Of a DNA stretch of 64,000 nucleotides, positions 52,295 to 59,984 are shown piece by piece; the stretch's first letter is position 1, and every line of letters begins with the position of its first letter. Source of the DNA: Candidatus Moraniibacteriota bacterium (lineage in GTDB: Bacteria > Patescibacteriota > Minisyncoccia > Moranbacterales > DUUL01). The position numbers were made by a program, and so were the translations under genes. The notes beneath the pieces are model-generated. The model made no database searches and was not told where the DNA came from. It saw only the letters and a list, made by a program, of their open reading frames with translations. The stretch lies in NCBI GenBank assembly GCA_041583775.1, contig JBFHFF010000007.1:3382-67381 (forward strand). Direction: 5' to 3'.

Positions 52295-52942
52295 ATGACT
52301 AGAAAGAAAAAACAAAATAAAAAAGTGGCAGTCGGGATTGCAGAAAAATTTCTATCTTTAATGGAAAAACAAAAACGCAAATTTCTTTATCTTTTTGCTG
52401 TAGTAATAATCGCCAATGTTGTTTTTTTAGTTGTTTTTAAAGGGGTAGATTCAATTTGTGGCTTGATATCAGCAAGTGAAATTTATATCGAAAGTAAGAT
52501 TAGAAATGAAAATGTGGATCATTTTGTAGAGGTTCGTAAAGTGATTTCTAATGTCGAGAAGAATCTTGATTACATTGAAATTGAACTTGGTTGGCCGACA
52601 GACGATGTTTGGTTGGATGGTGAAAAGAGGTTGGATTTATTGGCTTCATTAAGAAGATTAGATGAACTCTCTTATGAACTCGAATGGGTTGCAAATGGAT
52701 ATTTCACTGACTATTCCATTCAATATTATCCAATTGAGACAGGAAATTTGTCGAGCTATATTTACGAAACGAGATATTTGAAAAAATCAATTGATAGATT
52801 TGTGCGTGTGGCTGAAATTGCTATCGCACTAGATTCTTTTGATAAAAGACAAATTGAAGTTGTTCAAGTTGAATTGGATGAAATTGGAGAATATTTGAAG
52901 AATATTGATCAATTTGAACAAAGATTGCGTTTATTTAATTAG
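52295..52942 (+). CDS. Membrane-anchored helical hypothetical protein
   Basis: Single N-terminal TM, helical C-terminal domain. Confidence 0.7.
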   Translation: MTRKKKQNKKVAVGIAEKFLSLMEKQKRKFLYLFAVVIIANVVFLVVFKGVDSICGLISASEIYIESKIRNENVDHFVEVRKVISNVEKNLDYIEIELGWPTDDVWLDGEKRLDLLASLRRLDELSYELEWVANGYFTDYSIQYYPIETGNLSSYIYETRYLKKSIDRFVRVAEIAIALDSFDKRQIEVVQVELDEIGEYLKNIDQFEQRLRLFN

Positions 52943-52986
52943 GGCGCTGAAATTCTGACATTAAAAAATTTAAAAAAATAAAAAAA

Positions 52987-54171
52987 GTGATAAAGATAGG
53001 AATTAATGCGTCATTCATTCGCAAACAGGATTCGGGAATTGGACAAGTAAGTATGAATTTTATAAAGACACTTGTAAATGAGATTCAGAAAAATCCCGAT
53101 GTTTTTGGTGACATTGTCTTTGTTTTGTATCTAGAGAAGGATGTGGAAATGGAGCTACCTGATAATTTTGAGAAGTCAGTGATAAAGTCTTTTTACAAAA
53201 GGGATGATTTAGTGAGGAAAATTATTTGGGAGAAAATTTTACTTCCACGACAAATTGAGAAAGACAGTTGTGATGTGTTTTTGTCTCTTTATCAGTCCCC
53301 AACTGTATTAAAAAATACAAAACATATAATGCTTGTGCACGATGCAGTCTGGAAGAAATTTCCTCAGTACCTGAATAATTTTCGCAAGAAAATTTATTAT
53401 TATCTAATCGGAAGGGGAATTGCAAAGGCTGATAAGGTTATTACGGTTTCGGAAAATTCCAAAAAAGATATCAAGAGATTTTTTGATAAAATAGACGAAG
53501 AAATTAGAGTTATTTCAATTGATTGCGATCAGATTTTTAAAGAAAAGCTTTCTGATGACAAGAAAGCGGAAGTGTTAGCGAAATTTAGATTGGAAGAGGA
53601 GGGATATATTTTTTATGTTGGGGGTTTTGATGTTAGAAAAAATGTTGATGCACTTTTGCGTGCTTATGGTGTTTTATATACTAGGCAGAGTAAAAAAATA
53701 GAAATGCCGCGTTTGATTTTGGCAGGATCATTTCATTCAAATCTAGTTCCATTAGTTACTGACATTCCAAATATTGCAGAGAGTGTTATGCAAAAAAATG
53801 GGATACCAAGAGGTTATATTGAATCAATTGGTTTTGTTTCACAAGAGGATTTGCCGTTTGTTTTTGCAGGTGCAAAAATGTTTTGCTACCCATCTTTATA
53901 TGAAGGATTTGGCTTGCCAGTTTTAGAGGCAATGAATGTTGGTTGTCCAGTTGTGACATCAAACATTTCTTCTATTCCTGAAATCTTAAACGAAACAGAG
54001 GCTGTTCTGGTTGATCCTAAAAATGATGAAAAGATTGCAGAAGGAATGTTGAATTATCTTATTGATGATGATTTGCGGGAGGAAAAAATTCGTAACGCAA
54101 AAAAGAAATCAATCGAGTTTAGTTGGGAAAAAACTACAAATGAAATAATGAATTTATTAACAAAAATCTAA
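52987..54171 (+). CDS. Glycosyltransferase family 4 (mannosyltransferase-like)
   Basis: RKNV..L, PSLYEGFGLPVLEAM..G.PV. Confidence 0.93.
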   Translation: MIKIGINASFIRKQDSGIGQVSMNFIKTLVNEIQKNPDVFGDIVFVLYLEKDVEMELPDNFEKSVIKSFYKRDDLVRKIIWEKILLPRQIEKDSCDVFLSLYQSPTVLKNTKHIMLVHDAVWKKFPQYLNNFRKKIYYYLIGRGIAKADKVITVSENSKKDIKRFFDKIDEEIRVISIDCDQIFKEKLSDDKKAEVLAKFRLEEEGYIFYVGGFDVRKNVDALLRAYGVLYTRQSKKIEMPRLILAGSFHSNLVPLVTDIPNIAESVMQKNGIPRGYIESIGFVSQEDLPFVFAGAKMFCYPSLYEGFGLPVLEAMNVGCPVVTSNISSIPEILNETEAVLVDPKNDEKIAEGMLNYLIDDDLREEKIRNAKKKSIEFSWEKTTNEIMNLLTKI

Positions 54172-54172
54172 A

Positions 54173-55816
54173 ATGAATTTCAAACAATATTTAGGAACTC
54201 TTCTTGTTGGTTTTGCAATTAGCATTTTTTTGATCATATGGAGCACTTTTTTGGAAGGGGAGATGCATTTTTTATTTTTTTTGGTTTTAATTATAGCAAC
54301 TTTCCGTTGGTGCTTTAGGTTTCCAAAGAGAGCTTTTTTGGTTTTTGTGATGTTACTTCCACTTGAAAACATCATAATCACCCCGTCAGAGTTAGGTTTA
54401 AATCTAAGGCCTTTTCAATTTCTTGGTGCAATTCTTGCGATTACCATTCTGGTGCTTGGCTATAAAAAAAAACCAATACTGAAACTTCTCAGTTTTAGCA
54501 ACATCTGTTTCTTTTGTAAGATTTTCAAAGCGAAAAATTGTAAATTAATTTCTAAAAAAGAAGCATTCAGCCCTCTTGATCGAATGGTTTTTGTTCTTCC
54601 AGTATTTGCTTTTTTGGCAATTTTAAATTCACCACTCAAAGAAGTTTCTACCAAGTTAGCAGTAATTTTTGTTTCATTTATAGTTTTGTATTGGCTTATC
54701 AGAAACTTTACTCAAACCAAACATTCGATAATTGAAGCACTCACTTTTTTTGTTTTTGGTTCAATTCCTGTGATTTTTTGGAGTTTTTATCAAGCATTGG
54801 CGAGACTTGTTGGTTGGCAAGATTTTCAAGTTTTTACAGCAAGAGTGAATGGGACTTTCACGGAACCTGATTGGTTGGGCGTTTATTTAACGCTTATGAT
54901 GGCAGTGTTGCTCTGGTTTCGTCATCTAGCAAAACCAGATACTAGCAATCTAATGATTGGTTCTTTTGGTGTGTCAAGAATTTTTGGATTTTTTATTAAT
55001 CTTTATTTTATCATTGCTTTTTCGGTATTAATTCTTACAGTTTCCAGGAGTGCTTGGTTGGGTGTTTTGGGTGTTTGTTTGGTTTATTTTGGTATTTTAT
55101 TTATGGATAAAGTTTTTCACAAAACAATTTCATTGGTACAGATTTTGAAAAATGCTTTAGTAATTGGATTTTTGGCTACATTCGCAGTTGCTATAATTAT
55201 TTTTACCAACCTTTCCACTTTTCATTTTGGAAATCGTGCAGTAAGTTCGGTTAGCGGAAAGCAATTAATTACAATTAGTTGCGAGAAGAATAATGAATTG
55301 CCAGACGAGATTAACGATATGGAGGAGTTGGAGATTTTTGGGTGTCGTCATATCGGATTGGAAGAAGTCGAGAGAGAAAAAATGAACAAAATGTTCGTGA
55401 CAACAATTATGCGACCAGATCCAAATGTCGATATTAGAAAAGATATTTACACAAAAACATCTCAGCAAATTAAAAATCATCCTTTTTTGGGGCAAGGACT
55501 GGGTAGTGCTGTTTCATTTTTGGGTCAAGATGATCACGGGAGTGGCTTGAATACTTCAAATATTGTTTTGGAAATTTTTCTTTCTATGGGGTTTATTGCA
55601 GCTGTTATTTCCGTTTATGTTATCGGATTTTTGATGGTTTGGTCGTTTGATAGGATATTTAAAAATAAGGAACATATGTTTTCTTCTTTTATTTTGCTTT
55701 CTAGTGTTGCCATCATTATTCCGAATATGTTTAATTCAGGACTTCTTTTGGGGATGTTTTGGTTTTGGTTGGCTATTGTTATTTCGATTTATAATGTAGC
55801 TACGGCTAAGGAATAA
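54173..55816 (+). CDS. O-antigen ligase/Wzy-like membrane protein
   Basis: RVNGTFTEPD, TVSRSAWLG, HPFLGQGLG. Confidence 0.85.
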   Translation: MNFKQYLGTLLVGFAISIFLIIWSTFLEGEMHFLFFLVLIIATFRWCFRFPKRAFLVFVMLLPLENIIITPSELGLNLRPFQFLGAILAITILVLGYKKKPILKLLSFSNICFFCKIFKAKNCKLISKKEAFSPLDRMVFVLPVFAFLAILNSPLKEVSTKLAVIFVSFIVLYWLIRNFTQTKHSIIEALTFFVFGSIPVIFWSFYQALARLVGWQDFQVFTARVNGTFTEPDWLGVYLTLMMAVLLWFRHLAKPDTSNLMIGSFGVSRIFGFFINLYFIIAFSVLILTVSRSAWLGVLGVCLVYFGILFMDKVFHKTISLVQILKNALVIGFLATFAVAIIIFTNLSTFHFGNRAVSSVSGKQLITISCEKNNELPDEINDMEELEIFGCRHIGLEEVEREKMNKMFVTTIMRPDPNVDIRKDIYTKTSQQIKNHPFLGQGLGSAVSFLGQDDHGSGLNTSNIVLEIFLSMGFIAAVISVYVIGFLMVWSFDRIFKNKEHMFSSFILLSSVAIIIPNMFNSGLLLGMFWFWLAIVISIYNVATAKE

Positions 55817-55930
55817 TAATTAGGCATTAATAATTCTTGACTAAGATAAAAGTCTTGCTTTTCTTAAGTAATCGTGTATACTTTATTTTGTTATGATATA
55901 AAGTTGTTTTAGGAATTAAATAGACATTAT

Positions 55931-56004
55931 GGGGGCGTAGCTCAGCTGGTTAGAGCGATTGCCTGTCACGCAATAGGTCGCCGGTTCGAGTCCGGTCGTC
56001 CCCG
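55931..56004 (+). tRNA. tRNA-Asp(GTC), CCA not encoded
   Basis: GGGGGCG/CGTCCCC acceptor, TAGCTCAGCTGGTTAGAGC D arm, ATTGC-CTGTCAC-GCAAT anticodon arm, GGTTCGAGTCC T arm. Confidence 0.97.
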
Positions 56005-57528
56005 CATACAGAAAACAGCACTCTTTGGAGATGCTTTTTTTGTTTTAGTTATGCCAAAAAAAGAAGGTTCGAAGGTTCGATTTATGGTGCTAAATCCTTG
56101 CATGTCTTCGTGAAGCCAATTGAAGGGTTCGGAGAGTACAAAACTAGTGATTTTTTGATTCTCTATGGTGACATTCGAGGATAGAATAGAGATGATCTCT
56201 TTTTTAATCTTTGGGGTTCCATTTTCGAAAATATCACGAGCAGATTTAACAAATTCTGCTATGAGCTCAATCTTTCCAACAATGTCCTTTTTGTGTGTTT
56301 TTACGTTTTGTAATTTCTCTTCGATTTCCGCTTCTTCACTTCGAAGCTCTGAAAGCCTGCGATTGTAGATTTCAGTTGGGATATAATTATCAATAAACTT
56401 TTCAACCAAGGAGTCTTGCTTTTGATTATTCTGTTTTAAGATTTCCGCAAGCTTTGTTTCTGATTCTTTTCTGTATTTCTGTTGTATAAGCCACTTTTCC
56501 TTTGTTGCAGAAACAATCAAATCCAAAACTTCTGCATCAAAATTGATATTTTGCAAAACGTCTCCAAAGGATAAAATCAATTCTTTCTCCCTTAGATATT
56601 TTTGGGAACAATTCTTTGCTCCTCGTGATTTTGTGCAATGATAATAAACATGACCTTTTTGTTTTTCCGCTGTAATTTTTAATCCACATTCTCCGCAAGT
56701 CATCAGCCCTCTGAAGACAAAGTTTTTTGATTCTTTTACGCTATGAAGATATTTGAAAGGGAAGAGTAGTTTTTGAACTTTCTCGAATTTACTTTTTGTA
56801 ATAATAGGCAAATGACTGCCTTTGTGAATTTGTTCTTTCCAACGGAATAGACCGCAATAAATCGGATTGTTTAGCATACCTTGAATCACTGTTTTTCCAA
56901 TCCTTTTATTTTTATTTGAGCGGAGTCCGTCGTTGTATAATTCATCAGCCAATTCTCTTATTGAAAATTTCTTTGAGCTATACAACTCAAAGGCTTTTTT
57001 GATATAAAAGCTCTTACTTTTATCAAGCTCTAATTTCTTGGTTTTTAGATTTCTGATGTATCCGATGGGAGCACAGCCAGGGTATTCGCCCCGGCGAATC
57101 TTTTCAGCCAAACCTCGTTTTACATTCTTGCTTAAATCTCGAATGTATTGATTCGCCATTCCAAACTCTATGCTTGCAATAACAACATTATCCTCGGGAT
57201 TATAATCCCGTTCAAAAGTTTTAATTCTGCCAATGATTTCTTTTTGAAGTAGCCACTTGATCAATCCTTCATCAACTGGGTTACGAGCCAGCCGATCAAT
57301 TTTCCAACACAAGACACCAACCTTTTTATTTTGCTTGATAAATTCAATCATCTCATTAAACACTGGCCTCCCAGGTTCTTTAGCTGATTTTGACTCTTGG
57401 AAAAGCTTGACCACATTTAACTTTTCCCGCTTAGCAATTTCTTTCATCTCAATGATTTGAGACTGGATTGAAAGAGCTTGGCGGTCTTCACTTTCTGTTG
57501 ATTTTCTCACATAGATTACATAGTCCAT
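55966..57528 (-). CDS. Large serine recombinase (resolvase + recombinase + Zn-ribbon/coiled coil)
   Basis: YVRKST catalytic Ser, ESKSAK..GRP.F, DRLARN, P.GY, NP.Y.G, CGECG...YYHC. Confidence 0.95.
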   Translation of the reverse strand: MDYVIYVRKSTESEDRQALSIQSQIIEMKEIAKREKLNVVKLFQESKSAKEPGRPVFNEMIEFIKQNKKVGVLCWKIDRLARNPVDEGLIKWLLQKEIIGRIKTFERDYNPEDNVVIASIEFGMANQYIRDLSKNVKRGLAEKIRRGEYPGCAPIGYIRNLKTKKLELDKSKSFYIKKAFELYSSKKFSIRELADELYNDGLRSNKNKRIGKTVIQGMLNNPIYCGLFRWKEQIHKGSHLPIITKSKFEKVQKLLFPFKYLHSVKESKNFVFRGLMTCGECGLKITAEKQKGHVYYHCTKSRGAKNCSQKYLREKELILSFGDVLQNINFDAEVLDLIVSATKEKWLIQQKYRKESETKLAEILKQNNQKQDSLVEKFIDNYIPTEIYNRRLSELRSEEAEIEEKLQNVKTHKKDIVGKIELIAEFVKSARDIFENGTPKIKKEIISILSSNVTIENQKITSFVLSEPFNWLHEDMQGFSTINRTFEPSFFGITKTKKASPKSAVFCMRGRPDSNRRPIA

Positions 57529-57534
57529 TTTGTT

Positions 57535-57660
57535 TTATTTCTTATGTTTGAGATATTCAAAAAACTCATGAAAAAAAATTAAGATGACCAAACCAAAGAG
57601 CATTATAAGAAGATGAGGTTCGGCTGGGGTAGCATCGCTATAATATTCAAAATAGTCCAT
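57535..57660 (-). CDS. Small membrane peptide, 41 aa (absent from ORF track)
   Basis: MDYFEYYSDATPAEPHLLIMLFGLVILIFFHEFFEYLKHKK; ends 6 nt before the recombinase ATG. Confidence 0.5.
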   Translation of the reverse strand: MDYFEYYSDATPAEPHLLIMLFGLVILIFFHEFFEYLKHKK

Positions 57661-57669
57661 TTAGGCATC

Positions 57670-57795
57670 TTATTTTTTTAATAGCAAGGTTTTTGGATAA
57701 CAAAAGGACGACCCTGCTTGGACACAATCTCCAGTAAGAAAATTGTAGCAAAGATCGTCCTTACGATCTCCTACTGGTTTATAGATTGTGTCCAT
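57670..57795 (-). promoter_or_regulatory. Structured leader with mutually exclusive stems, overlapping a 41-codon ORF
   Basis: 57719-30 pairs 57783-94; 57731-39 pairs 57769-77; 57704-18 pairs 57747-62; hairpin 57752-69. Confidence 0.55.
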
Positions 57796-57844
57796 CTCAA
57801 CTTTAACATATTTTTTGTAATTTTTAAAGGAATTTAACCCACTC

Positions 57845-58745
57845 CACTTCGCTACAACAAATTGCTCGTCTTTGAATTTTTAAATTCATAAAAATTCACT
57901 TCCAACGCAACTTTGTTTCCGCTTCGTTCCGTTCGTACATTGCTTGTTTCAGGCTGTTCAAAATGGTAAGCGTCCGGAGGGCACGCTATCCTCGAGCACT
58001 CCTCGAGACTTTGTTTTTCGTTCCTGTGCCACTCCGAAAAACAAGACTTCTCCGAGATGCTCTGCGTCGCTTTGGCATTGTTAGAAATTAACAATGCGCA
58101 TTGATTGTCACTGCATAAGCGCCAGCCTTCGGCATCCCCACCCGCCAGTATTTTATTGTTTGCCTGCTTGTTAAGGTTTCAGGTAGATTAGGGCAAAAGA
58201 CGTAAAGGGATTCTCTCCATTCCACTCAACTCACAAAATCAAAATTCAGAAAAATCCAAAATGGATGAAAAATGAAAAAGTTTTTTCGCTGTGCTTCAAA
58301 ACACTTTCATTTTTCCACAAAGGTCTTTTTTTTGTTTGGATTTTTTTCTGAATTTCGCTTTTGTTCGTTCAGTTCCATTCCGTTCACCCTCGCACAACAG
58401 AAATTTTGCGACATTCCAATTTTTCCTTCCTTCGCTTTCTGGCTTTTTTCTCGTGGGGACCCCCGCCCCTCTCCAAAAAATCTGAAATCGAAGAGGAAAA
58501 ATGGAACATCGCAAGAATTTGTGTTGTGCGACATCTTTTGCGTGCGTTGATTATGCGTTGTCCCCCCAAACCTGCTAGCCAAGGGCAACAAGCTCCGCGT
58601 CTGTAAACAATTTCCCGTTTGATGTGGCATTGCTTCCTTGGAACTGCCAGCTACCACAAACGGACGGCGGAAAACCTTATCCCTTGGAAAGCGCGCTGAA
58701 TAATTGTAATCGAAATTATTCAGCGTATGCTTCGCTTAATCAACT
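57845..58745 (-). ncRNA. Putative large structured non-coding RNA or ssDNA structural element
   Basis: Many long inverted repeats and long-range complementarities; several plus-strand C.A mismatches become G.U pairs on the minus strand; only spurious-looking ORFs. Confidence 0.5.
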
Positions 58746-58849
58746 TATATTTCTGAAAAGAACTGAAGAATAATATTACCCGATCGAATTCTGAAGCTAG
58801 GGTAGCATGGAAGCTGTTTCGAAGTTTGTTGGTTTCGACTGTTCCGCAA

Positions 58850-58941
58850 TTTTAGAATTCTAAAAAGTGTTCTTTGAAAAAACACTACCTTGTTTATACT
58901 TACTTATATATATACTTATACTTAAGTATAAGTAAGGTAGT
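58850..58941. repeat. AT-rich palindromes and TATACTTA repeats (candidate ori/oriT)
   Basis: TTTTAGAA/TTCTAAAA 58850-65; TACTTATACTT/AAGTATAAGTA 58913-34; ACTACCTT/AAGGTAGT outer arms. Confidence 0.6.
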
Positions 58942-58959
58942 TTAGAATCGATTTCTTAC

Positions 58960-59379
58960 TTACACTTTCTTTTTGCTTCTTTTTCTTTGTGATTTCATTA
59001 CCATCTCATGATTGAAATAGTTGTTCATTGCAGGGCAGTTAAGAAAATCAATAGTTCTGCAAAAAGTTTCTTCACCTTTTTTGCAATTAGATTTTAAACA
59101 GTCCCATTTAGAATCATCCCTTGTTAGCATTGGACATGTTTTCTTGTCCAATATGTGATCAAGAATTTTTTTGATGTCTACATCAATGCATTTTTCAATT
59201 AACTCTTCGCTGATTTCTTCTAGAGGTATCCCTTTGAGAATCCGGGCAGCTATTTTTTCTGCTGCAAGATCCTTAACATCTTCTTTTTCGCAAGCTTCTT
59301 TTTTTCGATTTTCTACAAATAGTTGCTTGTCTCTCTCTGATTTTTCCATTATTTCTTTTGCTGTCATTTTTTTTCTCAT
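58960..59379 (-). CDS. Hypothetical protein with Cys-rich C-terminal half
   Basis: 139-aa ORF, CP...WDC...C......C......CP. Confidence 0.65.
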   Translation of the reverse strand: MRKKMTAKEIMEKSERDKQLFVENRKKEACEKEDVKDLAAEKIAARILKGIPLEEISEELIEKCIDVDIKKILDHILDKKTCPMLTRDDSKWDCLKSNCKKGEETFCRTIDFLNCPAMNNYFNHEMVMKSQRKRSKKKV

Positions 59380-59647
59380 TTTTTTTATTTCTAATTATTA
59401 AATTATCTATATTTTTTTCAGCTGTCCTGATGACTTCGATAAGCCTTTCAAAACGCGCTGTGGCTTTTATAGCTCGATGTGGAGCAGTGCGCAGGTATTC
59501 TTTGGATAAAGATATTAAATCCTTAAAATATCCTTCATTTTGCCACGCTATGAGCCCCGTGCGCTTCTTAACCTTCCTTTCCAAGATAAAGTTGTTGTGG
59601 ATTATCTTAATCCTGACTTCTTTGTCGATTGGAATAATTTTTTCCAT
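59273..59647 (-). CDS. Phage-like hypothetical protein (DUF5405-like pattern)
   Basis: NFILERK...G...W...GYF..L..L pattern; C-terminal ~35 codons overlap the next ORF. Confidence 0.55.
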   Translation of the reverse strand: MEKIIPIDKEVRIKIIHNNFILERKVKKRTGLIAWQNEGYFKDLISLSKEYLRTAPHRAIKATARFERLIEVIRTAEKNIDNLIIRNKKNEKKNDSKRNNGKIRERQATICRKSKKRSLRKRRC

Positions 59648-59888
59648 TGGCTTTATTTTTAATTTTTAAGAGATTCCTAGATGAATTAAGAATCTTGACG
59701 GTTAGCATTCCCACATTTGCTAATTGATCCAATGCTAATTCAGCTTGTTCAGCGGAAATTCTCCCCCCAGTTCTTTTGTCAATTATTTTCTGACATTTAA
59801 TGATTAAATTTTGGGAGTAGCGATTTTTCAAGCCATTGGATAAATAATTAACTATCCCTATATAAAAAAATCCTCTCCGATGAGTCAA
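59607..59888 (-). CDS. Small hypothetical helical protein (start probably downstream of 59888)
   Basis: YS..LI.KCQ.I...R.G..IS.EQAE..L..LA core. Confidence 0.5.
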   Translation of the reverse strand: MTHRRGFFYIGIVNYLSNGLKNRYSQNLIIKCQKIIDKRTGGRISAEQAELALDQLANVGMLTVKILNSSRNLLKIKNKANGKNYSNRQRSQD

Positions 59889-59900
59889 TGGAGAGGATTT
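59864..59900 (-). terminator. Terminator hairpin downstream of the 314-aa gene
   Basis: AAATCCTCTCC-N11-GGAGAGGATTT, T tract on minus strand. Confidence 0.7.
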
Positions 59901-59984
59901 GAGAGATTTTGATTTTGATTTTTTCCCTTAGATTACATAAAATAGAGGTCTGATTTCTCTATTTCTTGAAAAGTTGTTAGAAAT

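Noticed and set aside
57852-58657. Several overlapping 60-116 aa ORFs on both strands
   Set aside because: They overlap each other, have odd composition and no motifs, and coincide with long inverted repeats; better explained as by-products of a structured non-coding region
57845-58745. Retron msr-msd, group II intron or DGR interpretation
   Set aside because: No reverse transcriptase in the window, no recognisable domain V, no TR/VR pair
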